This document shows positions 1-8,637 of a stretch of 58,251 bases of DNA, piece by piece. How positions within the stretch are numbered: position 1 is the stretch's first letter; the number at the start of each line of letters is the position of its first letter. This DNA is from an uncultured archaeon (GTDB lineage Archaea; Thermoplasmatota; Poseidoniia; MGIII; CG-Epi1), in contig CAZYZI010000002.1 of the NCBI GenBank assembly GCA_964651915.1, positions 1,559-59,809 on the forward strand, written 5' to 3'. Below the pieces are notes generated by a model. That model was given only the letters and a program-made list of their open reading frames with translations. It searched no databases and was not told where the DNA came from. The position numbers and the translations under genes were made by a program.

Positions 1-1
1 T

Positions 2-127
2 CTATTTTATGGAGACTGGAAAAATGAAGATGCGTGGAATATTCTTGCAGGAATGAGTTTATTCTTGGGTGGGCTCTCGGCAACTGTTGGATTAGCCATA
101 ATTAAAAAATGGCTTGGCTATAATTAA
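2..127 (+). CDS. 3' end of an upstream gene (partial), hydrophobic C-terminus
   Basis: Reading frame starting at nt 2 is open from the window edge to TAA at 125-127 (...AGMSLFLGGLSATVGLAIIKKWLGYN*). It lies directly upstream of the T2SS-F/ATPase genes. Confidence 0.3.
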   Translation, partial: LFYGDWKNEDAWNILAGMSLFLGGLSATVGLAIIKKWLGYN

Positions 128-156
128 AAAGTTAAAAGTTTAATATTGGCCTCGTA

Positions 157-735
157 TTGACAGTATACTTGTCATCAGTCGATCAAGAATTGTTATACGC
201 TATTCGTGCTATAGAAGTTCTACTTGAATCTGGTGTTGGTGTTGCTGAAGCCATGAAACATGTTGCCGATGAAGATTACGGTGATTTGAGTGGTGTTTTC
301 AAACAAATTTTTAGAGATACAGATAGTGGAAGAGCATTTGGTGATTCCATTCGTACTCAATCTAGAAAGACTGATTCTGCAGGCTTGAGAAGAGTTCTTA
401 CAACTCTGGTAATGTCTGTCGAAGAAGATACAAATGTAATTGACCGATTAAGATCTATAGCTGAAAAAGAAGCCAGAGATAGAAGAGTAGAATTAGATGG
501 ATTCATAGAAAGTTTATCTGGTGCATCTGAGCAATTTATGATTGTTTCTATGCTTCTACCAATTATTGTTGTGATTGGTGCCGTTATTAGTGGAATTATG
601 GATAATGAAGCTGCTGCTGCCTTCGGAGGCGGAATGACTATGCCTGCATGGTGTGCTCCTGTTGCATTTATTGTAACGGGAATTTTGTTAGCAGGACTAA
701 TTACATCTACGAAATCAAAGGAGCCAGGTGTTTAG
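157..735 (+). CDS. Type IV filament platform protein, single T2SS-F (GspF/TadB/FlaJ-half) domain
   Basis: TTG start is the only start after an in-frame stop at 133-135. Helical cytoplasmic domain (LLYAIRAIEVLLESGVGVAEAMKHVA...) is followed by C-terminal TM helices. Gene order is F-F-ATPase. Confidence 0.75.
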   Translation: MTVYLSSVDQELLYAIRAIEVLLESGVGVAEAMKHVADEDYGDLSGVFKQIFRDTDSGRAFGDSIRTQSRKTDSAGLRRVLTTLVMSVEEDTNVIDRLRSIAEKEARDRRVELDGFIESLSGASEQFMIVSMLLPIIVVIGAVISGIMDNEAAAAFGGGMTMPAWCAPVAFIVTGILLAGLITSTKSKEPGV

Positions 736-1504
736 AATGATTGACGTATTAGAAGACAATCTTGGTGTTGATGGTATTGGAGGTACTGCTCTCCTGATAT
801 GGTTGGCTATGGGAGTTTTAGGGCTCATTGGCAGTATGATTTATATTCCTCAAAAAAGAAAACAAGAACGTATCACTGAATTGGAAAATTCTTGGCCTGA
901 TGTTCTAGCTGACTTAGCTGAAGAATTGAGGGCTGGAATGGGTGTTGAATCTGCTCTAGATGCTATAGCAAACGGTAGAGATGATAGAATGGGAATTATG
1001 CTCAGAGAGGCTGTAAGTGACATGAGAGATAATGGTTTTGGAAAGGCAATGGAAACATTTGCAAAAAAGAGCGAATCACCAATGATTTCAAGAATAGTAA
1101 GTATCCTAAATGTAGCTCTAGCCTCATCAGGCAGTATAGCTACAACACTCGAAAAAATTTCTGACGAATTCTGGGAAATTTATATGCTCAAAAAAGAAAG
1201 GTTAATGAAAACTCAAAGTAATGCAAATTTCATACTTTGGTTTGGTTCAATTGCCTGTCCTGTAATACTTGGAGCAATCGTAGCAATTTTTGGAGGAGAT
1301 ATTAGTGCTGGCTCAACTACACTCAGCTTTGATATGAGTGGACTCAATAGTTCTTTATTCTTCTACATGGTTGTTATGGGTACCAGTAGTGTATGGATGG
1401 AATCTGTTATACTACAAAAAACTAAAACTGCAATCTGGAGAACTCCAATATTTGTATTTTATTCATTAACTGCACTTATACTATCACTACAAATTAATCT
1501 ATAA
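728..1504 (+). CDS. Type IV filament platform protein, single T2SS-F (TadC/FlaJ-half) domain
   Basis: Pattern WPDVLADLAEELRAGMGVESALDAIA...ISRIVSILNVALASSGSIATTLEKISDEF plus several TM helices. GTG 728 overlaps the upstream stop; an alternative ATG lies at 737. Confidence 0.8.
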   Translation: MFRMIDVLEDNLGVDGIGGTALLIWLAMGVLGLIGSMIYIPQKRKQERITELENSWPDVLADLAEELRAGMGVESALDAIANGRDDRMGIMLREAVSDMRDNGFGKAMETFAKKSESPMISRIVSILNVALASSGSIATTLEKISDEFWEIYMLKKERLMKTQSNANFILWFGSIACPVILGAIVAIFGGDISAGSTTLSFDMSGLNSSLFFYMVVMGTSSVWMESVILQKTKTAIWRTPIFVFYSLTALILSLQINL

Positions 1505-1506
1505 AC

Positions 1507-2739
1507 ATGGAACAAGGCCGAATTATCGAAAAATATGCTACCGCCAACATCGTGGAAAGACCCGGTGCTGAGCGCCACCTTTATCAAGTGACAAAGGCAA
1601 CAAAATCACCAGATTATGGTGCACTAAAACCTCTACTAGATGATGATAATTTAGAAGAAATTATGTACAACCATCCAGACAAAGCAATTATGGTTGCTCA
1701 TAGAAAACATGGAATGTGTGTTACAAACGTAAAAATGAGTAGTGCTGAAGCTACTGCAATTATTCAAAAAGTAGGGAAGTATGTTGGAAGAAAAGTTGGT
1801 CCTGGAAATTTGTTGTTAGATGGTCGATTACCTGATGGCAGTCGTGTAAATGCAACAATTCCTCCTGTTTCTCCAAATGGTCCAACTATGACTATCAGAA
1901 AACAGATGAGTGATCCATTAACTGTTGTAGATTTGATGAAATTTGGAACTATACCTCCTAGATTAGCTTCATTGTTTTGGATGTTTGGTGATGGTATGGG
2001 TGCTGCTCCTTGTAATATTCTAGTTGCTGGAGGAACGGGATCTGGAAAAACAACAACTTTGAATGTTATTAGTTCATTTATTCCTTCAAAAGATCGACTT
2101 ATCACTATTGAAGATGTAGCTGAAGTTCAACTTATACATGAACACCACGTTCAACTTGAAACCTTTAATTCAACAAAACCTGAAGAACCTGCTGTAGGCA
2201 TGGATTCATTGTTGAAAAATACACTACGTATGAGGCCTGATAGAATTATTGTAGGTGAAGTAAGAGGTCCTGAAGCAAAGACTTTGTTCACGGCTATGAA
2301 TACTGGACACGATGGATGTTTTGGTACTGTTCACGCAAATACAGCACAAGAAACTGTTTCAAGATTAATCAATCCTCCTATGGAAGTACCACCTATCATG
2401 ATGAATGCATTACATCTAATTGTTATGCAAAGTCGTATCGCTGTTGGTGGAAAACAAGTTAGAACTATAACTGAAGTCTCTGAATTGGCAGGTCTAGAAG
2501 GAGACAAACCTCGATTAAACACACTATTCAAGTGGAATGGACAAACAAACAAATTAGAAGAAACTGGAGTCCCAAGTAAATTAAGAGAAAAAATCTCAAA
2601 GGCTGCAGGAGTTTCACCAAGGCAATTTGATGAAATGGCTCAAAACAGACAGAAGATTCTAGAGTCCATGGTGCAAAGAGGAATAACTGACATCAATCAG
2701 GTCAGTACAGTTATCCAAAACTACTACGCCAAGATGTAG
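1507..2739 (+). CDS. Type II/IV secretion-family ATPase (VirB11/CpaF/FlaI-like), short 410-aa form
   Basis: Walker A GGTGSGKTTTLN, Walker B/Asp box RPDRIIVGEVRGPEA, His box TGHDGCFGTVHAN. Confidence 0.9.
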   Translation: MEQGRIIEKYATANIVERPGAERHLYQVTKATKSPDYGALKPLLDDDNLEEIMYNHPDKAIMVAHRKHGMCVTNVKMSSAEATAIIQKVGKYVGRKVGPGNLLLDGRLPDGSRVNATIPPVSPNGPTMTIRKQMSDPLTVVDLMKFGTIPPRLASLFWMFGDGMGAAPCNILVAGGTGSGKTTTLNVISSFIPSKDRLITIEDVAEVQLIHEHHVQLETFNSTKPEEPAVGMDSLLKNTLRMRPDRIIVGEVRGPEAKTLFTAMNTGHDGCFGTVHANTAQETVSRLINPPMEVPPIMMNALHLIVMQSRIAVGGKQVRTITEVSELAGLEGDKPRLNTLFKWNGQTNKLEETGVPSKLREKISKAAGVSPRQFDEMAQNRQKILESMVQRGITDINQVSTVIQNYYAKM

Positions 2740-2744
2740 ACTTT

Positions 2745-3710
2745 ATGGTAAGCACTTATTCTGAAGCTGGAGTAGATATTGATGCCAGTGAAAAGGCAAC
2801 TGAAGCTCTAATTGCTCAAATTAAAAATGTTGGCAGAAAAGGTGATGGTGAAGCAATAAAATTAGATAATGGATTTGCTGGATTAGTTAAACTTGGAGAT
2901 GGTGCACTAGCAATGTGTACCGATGGAGTAGGCAGCAAATTGTTGCTGGCTGAAGAAATGGATTCTCTTCACACTGTTGGAATCGACTGTGTAGCAATGA
3001 ACACTAATGATCTAATCTGTGTAGGAGCTGAGCCACTAAGTTTTGTTGATTACGTAGCACTAGACAAACCTGATGAAGAATTAATGGCTAAACTTGGAAA
3101 GGGATTAGCAGAAGGATGTAAGCAGTCTAACTGTACCTTATCAGGAGGAGAAACTGCTATTCTTCCAGAATTAGTTCATGGTTTTGATATTGCAGGAACT
3201 TCTGTAGGATACGTAAAACAAGACGAAATTATTGATGGTACAAAAATATCTGAAGGAGATGTTTTGATTGGGTTGAAATCAAGTGGACCACATTCTAATG
3301 GATATACATTGATTAGAAAATTATTCAACGGAGATAAAGAAATTGGAAAACAACTCGTTGAGCCTACCCGAATTTATGTCAAAGAGATAATGAATTTGAT
3401 TAAGCAAGTCGAAGTTCATGGAATCGCTCATATTACTGGAGGGGGATTGGACAATATTAGTCGAATAAATGATAATTTTCAGTATGTAATTGACAAACCT
3501 TTGCCTGTGCCTTCCGTATTTGATTGGTTACAACAAAGAGGGGATGTTGAAAATAATGAGATGTATCGAACATTCAATATGGGAATGGGAATGATTATTG
3601 TAGTTGACAAAGATGATGCCGAAAAATCAGTATCACTTCTTGGAGAATATGCACAAATTATTGGTTCAGTTAAAAACGGAAAAGGTGTACTGCATAATGC
3701 AATAGATTAA
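2745..3710 (+). CDS. purM: Phosphoribosylformylglycinamidine cyclo-ligase (AIR synthetase)
   Basis: YSEAGVDIDA N-terminus, DGVGSKLL, LSGGETA and GPHSNGYTLIRK motifs typical of PurM. Confidence 0.9.
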   Translation: MVSTYSEAGVDIDASEKATEALIAQIKNVGRKGDGEAIKLDNGFAGLVKLGDGALAMCTDGVGSKLLLAEEMDSLHTVGIDCVAMNTNDLICVGAEPLSFVDYVALDKPDEELMAKLGKGLAEGCKQSNCTLSGGETAILPELVHGFDIAGTSVGYVKQDEIIDGTKISEGDVLIGLKSSGPHSNGYTLIRKLFNGDKEIGKQLVEPTRIYVKEIMNLIKQVEVHGIAHITGGGLDNISRINDNFQYVIDKPLPVPSVFDWLQQRGDVENNEMYRTFNMGMGMIIVVDKDDAEKSVSLLGEYAQIIGSVKNGKGVLHNAID

Positions 3711-5950
3711 TTCTTAGATCTTAGATAATTCAATGCCGAACCTGACTTGAACCATTCTACCTGCAAATCATCCATACTATGATTACAAACGAAAGTATCC
3801 ATAGTTCCATCACGGTGTTTTGCTTCCACAGTGACCTTAGAATTAGGTCCTAGTTCATCAGTTCCTTTGATTGTTAATCTGTCATCTACTCTCAATAAAT
3901 CCCAAGATGCTTCATCTGCAAAAGTAAGAGGTAAGACTCCTTGTTTCTTCAGATTAGTCTCTGCAATACGCGCCATACTTCTTGCAATTACAACTTTACA
4001 ACCCAAAAATCTAGGAGACATTGCTGCATGTTCTCTACTACTTCCTTCCCCATAATTCACATCTGCAACTACGGCCCAACCTTGTCCATTCTCATGATAA
4101 TTACGTGCAACCTTAGGCAATTTACCCTTAGTTCCATCAAGTTGATTGATTGCTGTACCTTGTTCTCCTGTAAAAGAATTATGAGCTCCAATGTAACAAT
4201 TATCTGAAATATTATCCAAATGACCTCGAAATTGTAGCCAAATACCTGCTGGAGAAATGTGATCTGTAGTACATTTACCTTTGACTTTAACAAGAAGGGG
4301 AAGGTTAGTTAATTCATCCTTAGTAATTGCATTGAAAGGTTCTAATAATTGCAAGCGTCGACTTGTTGAAGAAACATCCAAATCAACATCTCCTTCTGTT
4401 GGAGCGACAAAACCTACTAAACTAGATTCGAAACCTTTAGAAGGTAATTCTGAACCAGTAGGAGCTTCCAAAGAAAATTCAGAACCGTCTGCTGCTGTTA
4501 GCTTATCTTTTTGAGGATTGAAATCAAGACTACCTGCAAGAGCCATTGCAGTAACTATCTCTGGACTTGTCAAAAACGATAAAGTTTCATGATTACCATC
4601 ATTGCGTCCACTAAAATTTCTATTATAAGAAGACACAATCGAATTAACTTCGCCCTTGGAATCTTCACGTTTCCATTGGCCTATACATGGGCCACAAGCA
4701 TTTGCCAAAACAACTCCACCAATATCGTCAAGAAGTTGCATTTGACCATCTCTACGAATTGTTTGGTCGATGGTATCTGAACCTGGCGTAACCATGAATT
4801 GAACTTTAGATTTGATTCCTGCTTCTTTAGCCTGTCTTGCGACTGAAGCTGCTCTTTCCATGTCTTCATAAGATGAATTTGTGCAAGAACCAATCAAAGC
4901 TGCCTGAATTTCTGTTGGCCAACCCTTGTCTTTAGCCTCTTGCCCTAATTCAGAAACTGAACGTGCTAAATCAGGTGTATGAGGGCCAACAATCATTGGT
5001 TCTAATTCGGAAAGATTAATTTCAATTATTCTATCATAAAATTTTTCTGGATTATCCAAAACTTCTGGATCTGCAACTAATAACGATGAATGTTGATTTG
5101 CTAAGTCAGAAACTGCTGAACGTCCTGTAGCATCCAAATATCTCGACATGCTAGCATCAAATGGAAATAATGAAGTAGTTGCTCCAACTTCAGCCCCCAT
5201 GTTACAAATTGTTCCTTTACCAGTACATGAAATAGAAGAAGTTCCTGGACCAAAATATTCGACGATATGACTGGTACCGCCTTTGACCGTTAATTCTTCA
5301 CACACTTTCAAAATAACATCTTTAGGAGAAGACCATCCAGATAATTCACCTGTAAGATGAACTCCAATAACGCCAGGCCATCGTATTGTAAATGGCAATC
5401 CTGCCATAACTTCCATGGCATCAGCTCCACCAACTCCAATTGCTACCATTCCTAATCCTCCTGCGTTAGGTGTATGAGAATCTGTACCAATCATCATACC
5501 TCCTGGAAATGCATAATTTTCAAGAACGACTTGGTGAATAATGCCTGCACCAGGCTCCCAGAATCCTACTCCATATTTTGCTGAAGCGGATTTTAGAAAA
5601 GAAAAAACTTCTGAACTTTCTTTGTTTGCATCTGCTAAATCACTATCTCTACCAACTCTAGCCTGAATCAAATGATCACAGTGAACTGTAGAAGGAACTG
5701 CAACCTCAGAACGGCCGGTTAATGCAAATTGAAGAAGAGCCATTTGTGCTGTAGCATCCTGCATTGCTACTCTATCTGGTTGAAGCTCAACATATGACTT
5801 GCCACGTTTTGGAACTTCATCTAAATTTATTAAATGCCCGAAAAGAATTTTTTCTGCTAAAGTCAAAGAGCGATTCAAATTTTGTCTAGCTAAATCGTGC
5901 TTCGCAGACATTTGAGCGTATAACTTTTCTATTTGCGTCAAATCAAGCAT
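3707..5950 (-). CDS. acn: Aconitate hydratase (about 750-aa aconitase)
   Basis: DSHTPNAGGLG, GSCTNSSYEDM and NACGPCIGQW Fe-S ligand motifs, plus a swivel-domain C-terminus. 4-nt overlap with the purM stop (convergent). Confidence 0.9.
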   Translation of the reverse strand: MLDLTQIEKLYAQMSAKHDLARQNLNRSLTLAEKILFGHLINLDEVPKRGKSYVELQPDRVAMQDATAQMALLQFALTGRSEVAVPSTVHCDHLIQARVGRDSDLADANKESSEVFSFLKSASAKYGVGFWEPGAGIIHQVVLENYAFPGGMMIGTDSHTPNAGGLGMVAIGVGGADAMEVMAGLPFTIRWPGVIGVHLTGELSGWSSPKDVILKVCEELTVKGGTSHIVEYFGPGTSSISCTGKGTICNMGAEVGATTSLFPFDASMSRYLDATGRSAVSDLANQHSSLLVADPEVLDNPEKFYDRIIEINLSELEPMIVGPHTPDLARSVSELGQEAKDKGWPTEIQAALIGSCTNSSYEDMERAASVARQAKEAGIKSKVQFMVTPGSDTIDQTIRRDGQMQLLDDIGGVVLANACGPCIGQWKREDSKGEVNSIVSSYNRNFSGRNDGNHETLSFLTSPEIVTAMALAGSLDFNPQKDKLTAADGSEFSLEAPTGSELPSKGFESSLVGFVAPTEGDVDLDVSSTSRRLQLLEPFNAITKDELTNLPLLVKVKGKCTTDHISPAGIWLQFRGHLDNISDNCYIGAHNSFTGEQGTAINQLDGTKGKLPKVARNYHENGQGWAVVADVNYGEGSSREHAAMSPRFLGCKVVIARSMARIAETNLKKQGVLPLTFADEASWDLLRVDDRLTIKGTDELGPNSKVTVEAKHRDGTMDTFVCNHSMDDLQVEWFKSGSALNYLRSKN

Positions 5951-5975
5951 TATTTTTCACGAACAAACGTTCTAA

Positions 5976-6179
5976 TTATAGATTTTCATCCTCATCCTCT
6001 ATAACAACAGCCATTGCATAAAATATAACGGCTAAAACCCAAAAAAGAAATGAACACGGAATGCGTAATGAGCGTCCTGACGCTGGAACAATATAATCTT
6101 CACTGCCCCACATTATGATTCCACCTGCAAAAATGCAGACAACTGCTAAAACATATGATAACAATTCACTAAAATCCAT
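5976..6179 (-). CDS. Small two-TM membrane protein with acidic tail
   Basis: The ORF runs 5976-6194; the internal ATG at 6179 abuts the stop of the upstream gene. Two hydrophobic helices and an EDEDENL tail. Confidence 0.5.
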   Translation of the reverse strand: MDFSELLSYVLAVVCIFAGGIIMWGSEDYIVPASGRSLRIPCSFLFWVLAVIFYAMAVVIEDEDENL

Positions 6180-7273
6180 TACCAAGAATCCCAAACTGTT
6201 TTTCGTGCCATTTCAACTGAATAAAATGTGTTGTATATCAAAGATTTTTTCCAACCACTTGGATTAATTTCTTCCCAATCTACTTCATCTCCTTCCTTAA
6301 CATTCCTCATACCATGCTCAAAAGCCCGATTTCCTAACATAGCAAAAATTCCTCTTCGTGCAATATCTGCCTTTTTCCTTTCTCGAAATTGCTCTTTCCA
6401 CATTTTGTCATAATCCTGATTATTGGAAAGTGCTCGCTGAGCTAATACGCCTGATTCGACGGCATAATTCATTCCAAATCCTCTCCAAGGATCTTGAAAA
6501 CCAGCTGCCTCTCCTGTATAGTAAACTCCATCTTTTATAGCTGTTTTAGGAAAGTCAACACCTCCTTGACCGCCAACTGTTCCTGTCGGTTTTGCACCAT
6601 CGATAATATTTTTCAAAACTGGCCTTTCATCAACTGCTTTATACAGTAATTTTTTTACACTTTTAGCATAAGGTTTAGAGCAACAATTCATCACTTTGAT
6701 AGTATCTTTATCCATTGGAATTATGTACAGATACCAGCCTCTGGGTGAATATTTTTCATCATGCATATACAAAAATTGATCCCTAGGGAAATCTGAATTT
6801 TCATAGTATGCTCCAAAGGCAGCCATATCTGTACGATAAGAACCTGTAGCCATTATGTCTCCAGCTTTTGCTTTAGGACGGGATTTGAAATGGAAATCTA
6901 CTCCCAAATCTTTAGCTTCATTAGCTAATCCTCTTTCAAGTGAATTTTCACCCCCTCTCAGAATCAAAGGTAATGGCTCTTTCAATGAAATTGTAAAATC
7001 CCTTTTCTGTGTACAACACACAAATTTCTTTGCATCTTTAAAAGTAAATTTAGGATTCAAACCCCAACGATTCAAGTAAGAAGTTGCATCTGCTTCAGAA
7101 GATGGTGTAGATGGGCTTTCTTTGAGAAGAACTTGATAATTAGGATGAAATTGCATGCCAATATCTTCTCTAGCTTCATGAATCTCAACTTTTTCATCAT
7201 TCTTAGCAAAATTAATGGCTGCTGCTAATCCAGATAAGCCTCCGCCAATAATTTTTCTAGTTTCTGAAACCAT
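6179..7273 (-). CDS. FAD-dependent oxidoreductase, geranylgeranyl reductase-like
   Basis: N-terminal dinucleotide fold IIGGGLSGLAAAINFAK...VEIHEA and a late GEAAGFQDPWRGFGMNYAVESG motif, as in the GGR family. Confidence 0.6.
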   Translation of the reverse strand: MVSETRKIIGGGLSGLAAAINFAKNDEKVEIHEAREDIGMQFHPNYQVLLKESPSTPSSEADATSYLNRWGLNPKFTFKDAKKFVCCTQKRDFTISLKEPLPLILRGGENSLERGLANEAKDLGVDFHFKSRPKAKAGDIMATGSYRTDMAAFGAYYENSDFPRDQFLYMHDEKYSPRGWYLYIIPMDKDTIKVMNCCSKPYAKSVKKLLYKAVDERPVLKNIIDGAKPTGTVGGQGGVDFPKTAIKDGVYYTGEAAGFQDPWRGFGMNYAVESGVLAQRALSNNQDYDKMWKEQFRERKKADIARRGIFAMLGNRAFEHGMRNVKEGDEVDWEEINPSGWKKSLIYNTFYSVEMARKTVWDSW

Positions 7274-7299
7274 GTTTTTTCCAATTAGAATAGGTGGTA

Positions 7300-8127
7300 T
7301 TAACCTGTTTTCAACGCTGCATTAACTACGTTTGACATTAACATCACAACAGTCATAGGACCAACACCACCAGGTACTGGTGTTAATTGTCCTGCAACTT
7401 CCTTGACATCTAGAGAAGTATCCCCAACCAATCCATTTTCAGTCCTATTGACTCCAACATCAATCACAACAGCTCCTGGTTTTACCATAGATGAGGTAAT
7501 TGTATTAGGATAACCAACTGCAGCAATTAGTATGTCTGCTTCTCTACAATGTTTTCCAATATCTGGTGTTCTACTGTGGCAGACTGTGACAGTCGCATCA
7601 ACTCCTTTTTGAGAAAGAAGGAGAGCTAATGGTTTACCAACTATAGTGCTACGTCCAACAATAACAACATGTTTTCCTTTAGGATCGTTACCAGATCTGT
7701 AAAGCATCTCAACAATACCTGCTGGAGTACATGGTTTCATTCCTGATTTGCCCTGAACTATATTTCCTAAATTTACTGAATGAAAACCATCCACGTCGTT
7801 TTCTGGCTCAATTAAATCTAATACTGCATCTAAGCCTTTTGGCAATGGAAGCTGAATTATTACACCATCTTCTGTTTTGTTCAAATCAATTACTAACTTT
7901 TCCAAATCAGGTTTAGAAATATCTTCAGAAAGATGATGGTGTGTGATTTCAATGCCAACTCTTTTGGCTGCATTTGATTTAGCTCTTATGTAAGAAGTAG
8001 AAGCTGGATCCTCGCCCACTTGAACTACTGAAAGTCTGGGAACTTTATTCATCTTGGATATTTTTAGTTTCAATTCAGCTTCTATTTCTGCAGCTATTTT
8101 CTTACCATCAATTAACTTCGCGCTCAT
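7300..8127 (-). CDS. folD: Bifunctional methylenetetrahydrofolate dehydrogenase/cyclohydrolase
   Basis: KLIDGKKIAAEI N-terminus, SxxYxxxK motif, PCTPAGI, VVIVGRSTIVGKPLALLL, PVPGGVGPMT. Confidence 0.92.
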   Translation of the reverse strand: MSAKLIDGKKIAAEIEAELKLKISKMNKVPRLSVVQVGEDPASTSYIRAKSNAAKRVGIEITHHHLSEDISKPDLEKLVIDLNKTEDGVIIQLPLPKGLDAVLDLIEPENDVDGFHSVNLGNIVQGKSGMKPCTPAGIVEMLYRSGNDPKGKHVVIVGRSTIVGKPLALLLSQKGVDATVTVCHSRTPDIGKHCREADILIAAVGYPNTITSSMVKPGAVVIDVGVNRTENGLVGDTSLDVKEVAGQLTPVPGGVGPMTVVMLMSNVVNAALKTG

Positions 8128-8561
8128 TCTAAATCCTCTAATTTGTATAATTCAACATCAATGCGAGGGCCATCACCTTGGGCTGCTATTCTTTTTCTAA
8201 CTACTAATTCGGATATTTGACCATCATCATGGTACAAAACACCACTCAATCCATCTTTAACGGACTTTGCTATATTATCAGCATCAGGTCTCTTAGCATG
8301 ATGCTCTTCAGGCCTAGGTGTTTTGACTCGCCATTTACTTTTAGGACAAGGAAAATAGGCGAAAATTTCCATTCCTAAAGGGCCTTCGAATAAACCTTCA
8401 ATCCCAGCTTCTTCTCTTGCCCTTTGTGCAATATAGGCTATATCTGCTTTGTAAACCTTACTTGGTTTTGGATCTGTAGCAACAACAAAATTTCCCTTTC
8501 TATAAAATCTAGGACGACCTTGAGCAACGGGTTTTCCTGGTAAAGTAAACTTAATTCGCAC
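8124..8561 (-). CDS. rusA: RusA-family Holliday junction resolvase
   Basis: LPGKPVAQGRPRF N-terminus and the acidic catalytic pattern RPDADNIAKSVKDGLSGVLYHDDGQI. This parallels E. coli RusA DLDNLQKAAFDAL...WLDDAQV. 4-nt overlap with the folD start. Confidence 0.8.
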   Translation of the reverse strand: MRIKFTLPGKPVAQGRPRFYRKGNFVVATDPKPSKVYKADIAYIAQRAREEAGIEGLFEGPLGMEIFAYFPCPKSKWRVKTPRPEEHHAKRPDADNIAKSVKDGLSGVLYHDDGQISELVVRKRIAAQGDGPRIDVELYKLEDLE

Positions 8562-8637
8562 AATTACCTATGAGGGGGGGACAAAAGTGTATTTGGCCAA
8601 CATATTATTTTAATTAGTAGCATGAGAGCAGGCAATT

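Noticed and set aside
1764-2552. Antisense ORFs inside the secretion ATPase gene (1764-2105, 2331-2552)
   Set aside because: These are shadow ORFs opposite a well-supported gene. Their translations are low-complexity, with no motifs.
3831-4893. Multiple 60-90-aa ORFs on both strands inside the aconitase gene
   Set aside because: They are fully embedded in a 747-aa gene with unambiguous aconitase motifs. They are shadow frames.
8124-8561. RusA as a marker of an integrated provirus
   Set aside because: The flanking genes are folD and ABCE1. There is no integrase, terminase or capsid gene, no att-like direct repeat and no tRNA junction nearby.
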